64,000 nucleotides of DNA, from IMG/VR virus record IMGVR_UViG_3300001200_000009, one strand, 5' to 3'. Shown in pieces: positions 38,241 to 47,535 of the stretch. The notes beneath the pieces are model-generated. The model did no database searches. It had not been told where the DNA came from and saw only the letters and a program-made list of their open reading frames with translations. Position numbers and translations under genes: made by a program. Each line of letters starts with the position of its first letter. The first letter of the stretch is position 1. The DNA is from a virus.

Positions 38241-38467
38241 AGGAAATCCGAAAGGGTAGTTTCAGGAGCGCCTTTAAGCATGTGTTTGCCTTGGGCCTCC
38301 GCTTCAATTTTGTCTTTGATGACTCCCTTTACGAGAGATTTGACATCTTCAGGTTCTACTCCTTTGTCTTCACAGACTTGGAGTACTGCTTCCATGTAGG
38401 TGTGGCCACTCTTAACGTAACCAAGCACCATTTCATTGAAGTCAGCGATTTTGATAAATTTGCTCAT
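38237..38467 (-). CDS. gp33: late promoter co-activator
   Basis: YMEAVL..CE...VEPEDV..L....K.KIEAEA; synteny with gp59/gp32. Confidence 0.88.
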   Translation of the reverse strand: MSKFIKIADFNEMVLGYVKSGHTYMEAVLQVCEDKGVEPEDVKSLVKGVIKDKIEAEAQGKHMLKGAPETTLSDFL

Positions 38468-38473
38468 AATGTT

Positions 38474-38503
38474 ATTATATAACAACTCCAATAGATTGTA
38501 AAC
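38474..38503 (-). promoter_or_regulatory. early promoter
   Basis: GTTTACA-17-TATAAT, back-to-back with the late promoter (38505-38512, +) of endonuclease 4. Confidence 0.75.
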
Positions 38504-38518
38504 GTATAAATAAAATAA

Positions 38519-39088
38519 ATGAGATATACAGTTTACAGAACGACGAATTTGGCCACCGCTAAAATTTATATAGGCGTCCATAAGACGCTGGACCCGAATG
38601 ATGCATATCTCGGGTCGGGGTCTACCATGCTTTCCGCTATTGCCAAATACGGTAGAAGCCAGTTTTCGAAAGAAATTCTGTTTGATTTCGAAACTTCAGA
38701 AGAGGCTTATGCTAAAGAAGCGGAGCTCGTAACTGAAGATTTTGTAGCTCGAGACGATAATTACAACATAAAACTAGGTGGCGGAAGTCTATCTAGACAT
38801 TCCAAAGCAACAAGGGCTAAAATGTCTAAGGCTAAACTGGGCAATAAGAACTCTTTAGGGCATAGACATTCCGTTGAATCCAAGAAACTTATGTCTCAGG
38901 TTAAAATTGGTAATACATTCGCCTCTGGAAATTTAGGCAATAAGCGCTCTAAAGCAACCAAAGACGCCATATCAAGGGCAAATTCTAAATCAACAATCGT
39001 TAAAGGGCTTCAGTTCAAATCTAGAACTGAAGCCGCAAAGCATTTTAACGTATCTCCAACAACTATTGGTAGATGGCTTAAAGCCTAA
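38519..39088 (+). mobile_element. Seg-like GIY-YIG homing endonuclease 4 (C-terminal HTH)
   Basis: VYRTTN...KIYIG, YLGSG, AYAKE, YN, FKS..EAAKHF; TATAAATA 6 nt before the ATG. Confidence 0.9.
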
Positions 39089-39655
39089 CTACTTTTTCTT
39101 GGGGATAATCGGATGCTTGACGAGCATATACTCGTGAGCTCCAATCGTTTTGCGATTAACGCCGTGCTTGGACCAACCGGGATTTACGGCAGTTGTATGA
39201 TAATGGTCAGCGCCTTGTGTTTGGTCTGCCGAATAATCCTTTAGAACCATAAAGGCCACGAATTGGGCTACCAACCACGCTTCAGTTTCGTATGGTCGGT
39301 CTGATTTACCGTCATGTGTCCATGAGAATTGCTTTGGTTGCCAAACGACACCACAGATAGAATCTCTAAATCCTGCAGCATCTCGTCTGTTAAGAACTAC
39401 ATGTGCAGTCGAGGACATATCATAATATGTCGAACTTCGAGCTTCGTGATAGATATTGACCGCTAGACAAAGAGCTTCGTCATAGTCTTTACCTTCAAAA
39501 TGCTCTGAAAGAATTGTTGGGGTTTCTTGTTCAATCCACTCGTGGAGGGTTGTCCACTCATAGCTATAAACAGTGTCTTTGGTTTGGGCCTCAGCTGTAC
39601 CGCAAATTGCAGCTAAAGATAAGGCAATACTCGTTAGAATTTTCTTCATAATCAT
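39089..39655 (-). CDS. cell wall hydrolase, SleB/Hydrolase_2 family, with signal peptide
   Basis: CLAVNIYHEAR, VVLNR, ICGVVWQPKQFSW, GADHYH...V.P.W and IGAH motifs. Confidence 0.92.
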   Translation of the reverse strand: MIMKKILTSIALSLAAICGTAEAQTKDTVYSYEWTTLHEWIEQETPTILSEHFEGKDYDEALCLAVNIYHEARSSTYYDMSSTAHVVLNRRDAAGFRDSICGVVWQPKQFSWTHDGKSDRPYETEAWLVAQFVAFMVLKDYSADQTQGADHYHTTAVNPGWSKHGVNRKTIGAHEYMLVKHPIIPKKK

Positions 39656-39691
39656 TCTCCTTATCGTGATAATATCACAACTTAGTTAAAG

Positions 39692-39720
39692 ATTATATAA
39701 TGTTCGGAGTAAAAGTAAAC
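39692..39720 (-). promoter_or_regulatory. early promoter
   Basis: GTTTACT-16-TATAAT. Confidence 0.6.
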
Positions 39721-39723
39721 TGC

Positions 39724-40104
39724 CTAAGCAGCTTTTTTGAAGCTGCTTAGCACCTTAGCGCTATAGGTTCTGTATTCGGGGACGTATTCGCGCTTGACAG
39801 CTGCTCTGAAATCCTCAAAGGAGTCATAAACGTTTGGCGTAGTGTTGGTAACATAGTCGACTTCTTGGTCAAGACCTATCACTGATTCTTCGTCTAGGTC
39901 AATGAACTCAGAAATGACACCATCTTCATCTACTTGGATGGCACAGATTACATCTTCATAGGTGTAATTCACCACCTGGTCACGCTCGTTTCCGGTGATT
40001 GATAAGCTTACACCCATAAACAATTCGAACCACTGAGCCACATCGAGCGCCGAGTAGCTATTGATGCTTAGCACTCTTGATAAAGCTGGGATAATACTAC
40101 CCAT
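39724..40104 (-). CDS. hypothetical protein
   Basis: 126-aa acidic ORF in operon orientation. Confidence 0.55.
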   Translation of the reverse strand: MGSIIPALSRVLSINSYSALDVAQWFELFMGVSLSITGNERDQVVNYTYEDVICAIQVDEDGVISEFIDLDEESVIGLDQEVDYVTNTTPNVYDSFEDFRAAVKREYVPEYRTYSAKVLSSFKKAA

Positions 40105-40224
40105 TGAGTTGAACCTTAGTCCTTAATCCAACCGGAGTTTCGGTCTTCTTAGAGTCAGCAATAAGTTTTGCTTGCTCTTCCTCGGTCAGTTCGCCGACCT
40201 CGGCTAACATGATTTTTTCAGTCA

Positions 40225-40656
40225 TTAGTTGTCCTTAAATGCTCGTGAGATGCCAAAGTATTTTTGGCGGCCAGCCACTTTAAAGGCAGACCATTTAGCA
40301 ATATAACCAGCAGGTCGATACTTACGTTGACCTACATCGATATGCATTCCAGCTTGGGGTTTCCAGTCTGGGTAAATTCCTATTCCCGTAGCTCCTGCTG
40401 CCATTGCGGTCTCGTAGCCACGTCGAAAGTCTTCGGTTGTAACGAAGTTAGATGGCATAATATCCACAGCCTTAACGCTACCATGTTTTTTGTAATTGTG
40501 GAAGCCATTTCCAGTTGTCCTTGCGATAGCGTCTGGGTGAGGTGAAATCGTTACAGGCGAGCCCCATAGCTCTCTGAATTTGTCCAACATCTTCTTAAGT
40601 TCGGGGTCAAGACGCTTATAATGTCCGCCAAACTCTTTTGCTCTAAAATATTTCAT
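40225..40656 (-). CDS. peptidase M15 family (endolysin candidate)
   Basis: KYF...EF, LD.FR...G.P..IS..R..H...AVDI, GIGIY...HID motifs. Confidence 0.85.
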   Translation of the reverse strand: MKYFRAKEFGGHYKRLDPELKKMLDKFRELWGSPVTISPHPDAIARTTGNGFHNYKKHGSVKAVDIMPSNFVTTEDFRRGYETAMAAGATGIGIYPDWKPQAGMHIDVGQRKYRPAGYIAKWSAFKVAGRQKYFGISRAFKDN

Positions 40657-40675
40657 TGAAATCCTTGGTAAAATA

Positions 40676-41015
40676 GAGGTTTCTGTTGCTAGGTACCTCA
40701 GGACCCCTGGTGGAACTAAGCTACTCGAGCTAGTTCTCCAAATGCGAAGTTATCGTTCGCTGCGTATACTGTTTTTGCAGTTACAAGTTTTGATTTTATG
40801 TCGCTATCACGCGGTACTTCTACTACTCATCGCTTTTGTCAGTCGATACCTGTCGCCCCCATCAGAAGAACAGAAGACCTTTTTTCTAGAACATTGCAGA
40901 GCTTAAGGTGCAATCTTGCGGCTTAGTCAAGCCGGGTTATTTTCTGTTCTTGTGGTGGAGGCGGAGGGAATCGAACCCTCGTCCTGTCCAACTATAACTC
41001 GTTATCAACGAAATA
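40676..41015 (-). ncRNA. ssrA: two-piece (circularly permuted) tmRNA, alphaproteobacterial type
   Basis: The acceptor piece ...GAGGGTTCGATTCCCTCCGCCTCCACCA (CCA end 40953) precedes the coding piece starting GGGGGCG at 40860. The acceptor stem is fully paired with a G3:U70 wobble. Tag ORF 40778-40716 encodes AKTVYAANDNFAFGELARVA*; the coding piece ends GGTACCTAGCAACAGAAACC. Outer ends approximate. Confidence 0.92.
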
Positions 41016-41020
41016 CAAGA

Positions 41021-41051
41021 TATTTATATCATACTGGTCTGAAATGTAAAC
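41021..41051 (-). promoter_or_regulatory. nested early and late promoters for tmRNA
   Basis: GTTTACA -35 (41051-41045) and TATAAATA (41028-41021). Confidence 0.7.
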
Positions 41052-41053
41052 GA

Positions 41054-41500
41054 CTAATATAGCCCTTCGGAATATAAAGTCGTTGTTGACCCACCACAAC
41101 CTCTGATACAAATTGTTTGACCAGCTTCTTTAGCGACTTTCATCGCCTCTTCCCTGGTCAGGAAGTTATACCGATTGTCAACGAATCCCTGTTCTTGAAA
41201 ACCTAGGACATCATGCCAATTGCCTCCGTCAGCGTTTACCACCGCTTTCATTTGGCTTATCATAAACCCATCGCCGTGTCTTACGCCACAAAAGACTGTA
41301 TCAATTTTGGCGCATCGAATGGCAGCCGAAACTACGACTGTTTTGGTGTGAATTCTTACATCGTCATGGTCTGGAAGAGGTGTATGGTCTATTCCATCCT
41401 TTGACTTTGGCTCATCACCGCACGTAGCAGTTCCATGTCTTGGACTTCCTCCGCATTCGATGCATAAACCATTATGAGGATGAACTTTACACTCAGCCAT
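41054..41500 (-). CDS. conserved phage hypothetical protein
   Basis: V.SAAIR...G.RH.D...EQGFVD...FLTREEA...LYSE pattern. Confidence 0.65.
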   Translation of the reverse strand: MAECKVHPHNGLCIECGGSPRHGTATCGDEPKSKDGIDHTPLPDHDDVRIHTKTVVVSAAIRCAKIDTVFCGVRHGDGFMISQMKAVVNADGGNWHDVLGFQEQGFVDNRYNFLTREEAMKVAKEAGQTICIRGCGGSTTTLYSEGLY

Positions 41501-41696
41501 TCTTAATCTCCTGATACCGGTCGAACATTTCGATAGCTTCAGGCGTGCAGCTTCCGCATTGTTCTACAGTGCGTCTAGATATATGGGGACCCTTGATTTG
41601 TGCAAGTTCCCATTCTGTTTGAATACCAAGAGCCTCGACTAGAGTCGAGAAAGAATTATCGGCCATACATTTCCTTATATTTAGCACGGGTTTCAA
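41493..41696 (-). CDS. hypothetical protein
   Basis: Short ORF overlapping both neighbours. Confidence 0.4.
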   Translation of the reverse strand: MKPVLNIRKCMADNSFSTLVEALGIQTEWELAQIKGPHISRRTVEQCGSCTPEAIEMFDRYQEIKNG

Positions 41697-42330
41697 GAAG
41701 TGGTTTTACCCAATTATCTCGTTTTTCAATAAAGACCTGAGCCTTTGGTGAATCGTCGCACGCAATGACAACCGCTAATTGAGGAACGGCGAGGCCAGTT
41801 CTCTCTTCGAACGCAATAGCATTTGCACATGTCTGCATGAAATATGAGTCAATCCACTCTTTCTTTTTCTGCTTTCCAGACGTCTTAGCATCGAACGAAG
41901 TTCGAATACCGTCCCACCGAAGAATAGAGTCGCATCGCATTCCAAGTTCAAGGTGATGAGAATATAAGGCTTTCTCAACCGCGAATACCTCGGTTACGTG
42001 CTCATCAAGCTCAGCCTTTAAAGAGGCATATCCGGCTTGAATGAGCGGAGAGTTAATGGTTGGCGTGATATTTTGGAGATACATTTCCACTGCTTCGTGG
42101 ACTTGAGTTCCTCTCCATGCAGCGGCTTTACCTACACGGGCAGCTTCTTCCTCACCAACTCTAGCTTTCCATTCAGCAATAGAGTCAGCCGAAAGGATTG
42201 AAAGAACAGTGGTAATGGAAGGGTATTTTACGCCAGGTTTATCGTGCGCTTCGTAGAGTCGCATGTTGTCGGTATGTTCAACATTAAGGTCGCCGTATCC
42301 AAGCTCGGCGGGCTTTTGAATGAATGTCAT
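41656..42330 (-). CDS. PD-(D/E)xK (Cas4/RecB-like) exonuclease
   Basis: YPSITTVL, W..RVGEEEA, RGT.VH...E, D...D.KTS.K.K and YF.Q motifs. Confidence 0.88.
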   Translation of the reverse strand: MTFIQKPAELGYGDLNVEHTDNMRLYEAHDKPGVKYPSITTVLSILSADSIAEWKARVGEEEAARVGKAAAWRGTQVHEAVEMYLQNITPTINSPLIQAGYASLKAELDEHVTEVFAVEKALYSHHLELGMRCDSILRWDGIRTSFDAKTSGKQKKKEWIDSYFMQTCANAIAFEERTGLAVPQLAVVIACDDSPKAQVFIEKRDNWVKPLLETRAKYKEMYGR

Positions 42331-42566
42331 TTAGTGTTTATCGTGCAGCCTTTACCTGATTTCTTTTTGATGTCCTTGAGAATGTCATTGAACCCATCAT
42401 CTAGCTTTCGTAAACCGGTAGACTTACCAGAGATAACGTTTACTGACCATACTCGGTCAAACCCGTCGATGTCCATTTGATGTTCAAGTTCATCGTAGTT
42501 TGCGACGGTGTCGTGTCTGTCGACGACTTCACCAGTCTCACGGTGTTGAAATGTGTAAAGTGGCAT
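42327..42566 (-). CDS. FmdB-like small protein without the zinc-ribbon cysteines
   Basis: MPLYTF...TGE and DGFNDILK.IKK motifs; usual neighbour of the exonuclease in T4-like phages. Confidence 0.65.
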   Translation of the reverse strand: MPLYTFQHRETGEVVDRHDTVANYDELEHQMDIDGFDRVWSVNVISGKSTGLRKLDDGFNDILKDIKKKSGKGCTINTK

Positions 42567-42814
42567 TATTTGCGGTTACGAAACGCGTCGATTAATGCAG
42601 CAATGCCGATAAGAATTCCTGCGCCAACGCCGAAAAACAGAAGAATACCAAGCACTAAAGCAAGTCCGCCGTAAAACGGTAGAAGTACCAACCACCATGA
42701 CCAGGTTGCGACCGCACCCCAACCCATGACTTTCATTACTACGAAGATGATACCAAGAATACCAAACACAGGAAATACCCGTGTGACGTTTGGTACTGAG
42801 CTAGAGTCAGCCAT
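42566..42814 (-). CDS. small membrane protein
   Basis: IF.VMK..G...WSWWLVLLP pattern, two TM helices. Confidence 0.7.
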   Translation of the reverse strand: MADSSSVPNVTRVFPVFGILGIIFVVMKVMGWGAVATWSWWLVLLPFYGGLALVLGILLFFGVGAGILIGIAALIDAFRNRK

Positions 42815-42839
42815 AAAATTTTCCTTTTCAATTTTGTCT

Positions 42840-42869
42840 ATAATAAACTATAGACGCTCAAATGTAAAC
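42840..42869 (-). promoter_or_regulatory. early promoter
   Basis: GTTTACA-17-TATTAT. Confidence 0.65.
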
Positions 42870-42960
42870 GTTTATTTTCCAAATACTGCTTTGATTCCGT
42901 TCCAACAGGCCATGACAAACGGAGTGCCAAAGACTAATAGACCTATTGCAGCGAGTTCCA

Positions 42961-43599
42961 TTATCTGTTACGATTCTTTTGGGCTTCGAGGTCACGCTTT
43001 GCTTCATCAGCTCGAACAGCCTCTTGTAACCACATACGGTCAGCAGCATCTTTGGTTTTCTTAGCGAGCGCGAAGCATTTCTTAATAGTCATGGCTTGGG
43101 CAATTGCATCTGATTCGCCGTCATGTTTAGTGGCGGGTACGACCTTTTCAACAGGCCATTGTTCTAGCATGGTGCGCATGTCGCGAACTTTCCAGAAGAC
43201 GTATGGCGTATGAGCATTCATCGTCTCTTCTAGCATTGAGCGTAAAAGAGTTTCATCAAATGATGAACCATTACCCCAAACTCGACAGCCTTTAGCGGCA
43301 AATTCAGCGTATGTATTGCGGAAAAGTATAGCTCCATCTTCCATCGAATAAGTACCAGATTTCAGATTTTCAAATAGTGCCTGGTCTTCGCGTTCCCAAA
43401 AGGTCTTAGTGCCTTCCGATACATGACGACCTTTAGCTGCTTGTTCGGTCTGGTCTAGCTTAAATTCAGCTGAGGCATATTGTTCAGTTTCGTCTTCGGC
43501 ATCGAAGAAGCACATGCCCAATTGCAAGAGGGCTGCGTTGGTTTGAGTTGACATGGTTTCCCAGTCAATCATCAAATCCGTGTATTTTTTATTCAGCAT
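42961..43599 (-). CDS. dexA: DEDDh 3'-5' exonuclease (DexA-like)
   Basis: MIDWET, VWGNG.SFD, RD.RT and H...DA..QA motifs. Confidence 0.85.
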   Translation of the reverse strand: MLNKKYTDLMIDWETMSTQTNAALLQLGMCFFDAEDETEQYASAEFKLDQTEQAAKGRHVSEGTKTFWEREDQALFENLKSGTYSMEDGAILFRNTYAEFAAKGCRVWGNGSSFDETLLRSMLEETMNAHTPYVFWKVRDMRTMLEQWPVEKVVPATKHDGESDAIAQAMTIKKCFALAKKTKDAADRMWLQEAVRADEAKRDLEAQKNRNR

Positions 43600-44038
43600 T
43601 AATGAGGCTTTCGTTTAATTTTTTCGTGTAGGATTTCGGATAATTTTTCATGATTTGAAGCATTTCAGCCGAGCCAGGGCTAAACTGAAGTACTTTGACT
43701 TCACCATCCTGTCTATGAGCGGCTGCCCAAGTGTGGTGACCATCCATGATTCGATTATCACCAGAAATCATGATGCGTTTGTTACGATAATTGCCTGATT
43801 GGGCCATACCGATAATTTTCTGTTTGTTGAACTCAGCCTGAGTAGGTATTAAGCTCTTTGTTGGAAGAGTTAGCTTCTTAGGCTGTTCGATGAGCCCTTG
43901 CTTCATAGCCCATTTGATAAAGTCTTGTTGGTCTGCTTTGTCGATTTGAGGCATAGCATATCGCTTTTTGCCCTTTGACATGCTCAGATTTGGAATGTCC
44001 ATAAATTCCGAGAACTGCTTAAATGTTAATCGTCCCAC
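43589..44038 (-). CDS. ParB/Srx-like domain protein with capsid-targeting-like N-terminus
   Basis: MPQI, L.PTQ.E, IS.DN.I.DGHH.WAA; N-terminal TFKQFSE. Confidence 0.75.
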   Translation of the reverse strand: MGRLTFKQFSEFMDIPNLSMSKGKKRYAMPQIDKADQQDFIKWAMKQGLIEQPKKLTLPTKSLIPTQAEFNKQKIIGMAQSGNYRNKRIMISGDNRIMDGHHTWAAAHRQDGEVKVLQFSPGSAEMLQIMKNYPKSYTKKLNESLINAE

Positions 44039-44565
44039 CAGTCAGGTACCCCGTTTCTCTTAAATGTTGCGAATCGAGATTTATCCTGCCGATAGAAATT
44101 TCGATATGACTCTGTGATAGAGTCTACATGATATTCGTCAGGCATGCATTTCGGTAATGGTGTTTGACCGATAAAGTATTGCTTATTAGGCGGCTCTTTG
44201 AGCGCGGTCAAAAGCTTTACGATAGTTGCATGTTGCCGTCCAGACGTAGCTTCATATATTTTGCCAAGTTCATCAAAGACGTCGAAGAGCCATTGATAAT
44301 TTTCGGCTGATTTGCGTAGCCATACATTTGAAGGATGGTTAGCGTGAGTAGGTTTGTATAAGAGGGTTTCCATTTCTTGAGAGGGATGGACCCAATATTT
44401 CATTCGCCTACCAGTTTTAGACCTACGGATAATTTCAGTGCCATCGATAATTCGATGGGCGGTTGACATCATCTGAGCGTATTCGACCAGCATTTTAACG
44501 ACGTGCTGGTCACAATGCATCCTAGCAGATTCTATTGGGTCATCGTGGAGCCAGAAGACATTCAT
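44026..44565 (-). CDS. pyrimidine-dimer DNA glycosylase (DenV-like) family protein
   Basis: MNVF.L..DP..SA..HCD.HVVKM..E.AQM.STAH, TH.NHP...W and YR.FY motifs. Confidence 0.8.
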   Translation of the reverse strand: MNVFWLHDDPIESARMHCDQHVVKMLVEYAQMMSTAHRIIDGTEIIRRSKTGRRMKYWVHPSQEMETLLYKPTHANHPSNVWLRKSAENYQWLFDVFDELGKIYEATSGRQHATIVKLLTALKEPPNKQYFIGQTPLPKCMPDEYHVDSITESYRNFYRQDKSRFATFKRNGVPDWWDD

Positions 44566-44801
44566 AAAGTTCTCTCGACTATTAGACTATCACCCAGACC
44601 GGTTAAAGTTACTATGCCGTCAGTTTCCTTGACGGATTTAACGAAGAATGGTAACTTGTAGTCATGATAGATACTCATACCAGGGACAATACATAACTGA
44701 CGATGCCCCATGTCGAATGTAATCATTTTGTCGGTGTCTTTGACCCGCTCGATAGACTTACCTATCAGGTCAGCGAACTGATTTTCTGTTTCATTAAGCA
44801 T
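44562..44801 (-). CDS. hypothetical protein
   Basis: ATGA overlap; GTTTACA-17-TATATT promoter at 44838-44809. Confidence 0.55.
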   Translation of the reverse strand: MLNETENQFADLIGKSIERVKDTDKMITFDMGHRQLCIVPGMSIYHDYKLPFFVKSVKETDGIVTLTGLGDSLIVERTL

Positions 44802-44840
44802 ATTGCGTAATATAACACATCTTCAGTCAAATGTAAACGA

Positions 44841-45209
44841 CTAAAGTAACTTTTTTATGCTCTTAAGATTACGAATTGCTTCGGCGTATTCTTCGATTGT
44901 CGCATCGTCCGAAGAATCTAAACGCTCGACCGTGATATCGAGAATTTTACGTTCGAACATCTCAATCATTTCGTCAATGAAAGCGTATTTCTCAGGGTCT
45001 ACACAATTTTCTTGACCTTCTTCTTGGTCAATCTCAAAGGCCTTCTTAAAAGCCTTGGTCAAATCTTCGATATCTTGAGGTGTAGCTTCCTTGGGAGGAG
45101 TTGTAGGAATCAATGGCTCAATTTCAGGCCAACGTTTATGAGGATTCCATGGCTGCTCCCATGGCGGTGTTTGTCGATAATGGTCGCCCACTGCAGATAC
45201 TATGCACAT
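44841..45209 (-). CDS. hypothetical protein
   Basis: TAATG overlap; MC.VS.VGDHY N-terminus. Confidence 0.6.
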   Translation of the reverse strand: MCIVSAVGDHYRQTPPWEQPWNPHKRWPEIEPLIPTTPPKEATPQDIEDLTKAFKKAFEIDQEEGQENCVDPEKYAFIDEMIEMFERKILDITVERLDSSDDATIEEYAEAIRNLKSIKKLL

Positions 45210-45655
45210 TAGGATTTGTCCTTCTTAGGTAGAAGGTCAGGAAATGCTTTACGCACTTGTGAAGCCGTTACCCGCGGGTATAGCGCCTTAACGTGATATT
45301 CCTTACACTCTTTGTTTGTTTTAGTAGACGCCGCAATTAGAAGCGCAGCATCTTTAGGATGGATAGCTTCCAGCATTCCAAGAAATCTTCGTTCTCTTGC
45401 TGGGGCGTTTAAACGAGATTCGCCGATAAAGATGCCCATCCCTTTGACTTTGCGATGGTATGATTCGGCAAATAGGTCTTTGTCCATTGGAATAAACGGC
45501 GGGGGCGTGTCTGGCAAATTCATTACCATATCGTCGTTAAATAGGAGAACCAGCATTTGCTGTAGTCCTATGCAGTCGTGTTCTTTTAGAACTTCGGCTG
45601 GCTTCTTTGCGGCTTGTGCGAGTTCAAATATCTCGCAAACTTCTTTACGGCTCAT
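45209..45655 (-). CDS. conserved T4-like hypothetical protein downstream of RNase H
   Basis: LP..PPPF, RE..F..MLE.IHP.DA.LL and V..AFP.L motifs. Confidence 0.75.
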   Translation of the reverse strand: MSRKEVCEIFELAQAAKKPAEVLKEHDCIGLQQMLVLLFNDDMVMNLPDTPPPFIPMDKDLFAESYHRKVKGMGIFIGESRLNAPARERRFLGMLEAIHPKDAALLIAASTKTNKECKEYHVKALYPRVTASQVRKAFPDLLPKKDKS

Positions 45656-46533
45656 TAAAGCGTTCCTTGTTTAAAGTCATTCATATCGTTCAGCAGATTG
45701 CCAGCACGATTTTTGATTAGGTAATTCATGACACCTCCAAAGTTTGGAAGCTCGTACTCATCGTACTGCTTCATGACTTCGGCTTGGATTTCGTCAGGAA
45801 TCATTGTGAAATCCATCAGCTTTTTATTTCGCATAAATGCAGACCACTGTTCAGGCGGTAGATAGGATTCGAGATTGTTACGATTTTCCCACAGGTCAGC
45901 AAGTCGCTTCTTTGAGACCGCTTTTTGACGACCAACATCCTCACCGTCTACTTTGCGCTTATAGAAATCATGAGGTGAGAAGATGTTTGGAACACCATCT
46001 TTACCTTGGCCCTTAACGCACTGTTCGAATAGCCATAGATGAGGGTTCTTTTCCTTCACCATTTTCTTTGTCAGTGTAGAGATTTGTTTAACGTTCGAAT
46101 GAACTTGAAGCTGTTTGTAATCTCCATCGGAAGCCACGATAAGAACAGGCTCAGATTTTCCAAGCTCCTGTGTAGACTGAGCAAGGGTTGCAATGATGTC
46201 ATCAGCTTCAGCTCCTTTATGTTGGATTACTTTCCAAGGAATATAGGTGCGAATTTCGTCAGTAACCTTATTGACGATTTTGAACATCTCTTCCCAGTTG
46301 ATTGAAGACTCATCGCGACCTTTCTTACGAGAGTATTTGTAGAACTCGTAATAGGTCTTGCGCCATGAAGAGTGGTCGCAACAGATAACCATTTGGCCAT
46401 ACTTGTCACGATTTTTCTTGTTGTACGCGCGAAGGGAGTTTAGTATCATGTGACGAAGTAGATTTTCGTCTGGTGGGAGCCTTTGGGATGCTATATTACC
46501 TATAGAAATTGCGGAAAAATCTACCAATATCAC
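45655..46533 (-). CDS. rnh: RNase H (5'-3' flap exonuclease), GTG start
   Basis: ILVDF, LRHMILNSLR, SWRK..Y..YK..R, EADDIIA, SDGDY.QL and G..DGVPN motifs; AGGA SD 8 nt before the GTG. Confidence 0.93.
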   Translation of the reverse strand: MILVDFSAISIGNIASQRLPPDENLLRHMILNSLRAYNKKNRDKYGQMVICCDHSSWRKTYYEFYKYSRKKGRDESSINWEEMFKIVNKVTDEIRTYIPWKVIQHKGAEADDIIATLAQSTQELGKSEPVLIVASDGDYKQLQVHSNVKQISTLTKKMVKEKNPHLWLFEQCVKGQGKDGVPNIFSPHDFYKRKVDGEDVGRQKAVSKKRLADLWENRNNLESYLPPEQWSAFMRNKKLMDFTMIPDEIQAEVMKQYDEYELPNFGGVMNYLIKNRAGNLLNDMNDFKQGTL

Positions 46534-46604
46534 TGTTACGTTCCTATTCTTATAAATAATTTTACCTATGGACAACTATTTATAATCAAAAAGAAGCCAT
46601 CTTA

Positions 46605-47333
46605 ATGTATATTATATACCGAACCACCAATAATGTAAACGATAAAATTTATATAGGAGTTCATTTCAGAGTCGAGAATGATGATAAGTATTTAGGCTCT
46701 GGAACTCTCCTTAACAAAGCTATCAAAAAATATGGCCGTAAAAATTTCTCAAGAAAAACATTGTTCGAATTTGAAACTGAAGAAGAAGCTTATCTAAAAG
46801 AAAAAGAAATTGTTAACTCAGAGTTTGTAAAAAGACCTGACACTTATAATCTATGCGAAGGTGGCAAATATAATGGAGTTCCTAGTAAGGAAACTAGAGC
46901 TAAAATGTCTGAATATGCCAGAAACAGACCCAAATCACACAATCTTTCCATATCAGAAACTAAAAAATTATCAGGTTCTGCGCGGGGCAAAAACAACGGA
47001 ATGTACGGTAAATCGCATTCTGAAGAAGCTAAGGCGGCGATGTCCAGAGCTCGCAAGGGGAGAAAGCTCACTAAAAAATGGAAAGAAAATATTAGTAGAG
47101 CGTCTACTGGGCGATATCACTCTGAAGAGACTAAACGACTAATGAAAGAAAATGCGACAAAGCCATGGCTAGGAAAAAACCTTTCTGTGTCTCATAAAGC
47201 CGCGATTTCAAAAGCTCAAACAGGAAAAACACTTATTCGGAAAGAACGAACTTGTCCTCATTGTGGAAAAGTCGGTAAGGGAGGTAACATGGCCAGGTAT
47301 CATTTTAAGAACTGTCATTTGCTGCGAGAATAG
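46605..47333 (+). mobile_element. Seg-like GIY-YIG homing endonuclease 5
   Basis: IYRTTN..N.KIYIG, YLGSG, AYLKE, YN, NUMOD3 repeats, CPHCGK..RYHFKNC; TATAAATA 46551-46558. Confidence 0.9.
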
Positions 47334-47535
47334 CTGGGTGATTAGTGTTTACCATACCAGATTCAATCCATTGCTCTAGTGGAATGAGAGGTTCTAGTCC
47401 TGGTTGTGCTTCGTATTCCTCGATGACTTCATCAGGAATTACAGCAGCTACTCGTGAAAATCCAGGCTTCTCAAGTTCGATGATTGTATTTTCAGCTTTG
47501 TGCCGTCTCATAATGTAAGTCATACAATCTCGCAT
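47305..47535 (-). CDS. hypothetical protein
   Basis: ORF directly downstream of an early promoter. Confidence 0.5.
   Translation of the reverse strand: MRDCMTYIMRRHKAENTIIELEKPGFSRVAAVIPDEVIEEYEAQPGLEPLIPLEQWIESGMVNTNHPAILAANDSS

Noticed and set aside
40953-40985. Stand-alone tRNA gene
   Set aside because: Only a T-arm and acceptor 3' strand are present; the matching 5' strand lies downstream at 40860, which fits a permuted tmRNA.
41656-42330. CRISPR-associated Cas4
   Set aside because: It lacks the four-Cys cluster pattern and any CRISPR context; it matches the common T4-like exonuclease.
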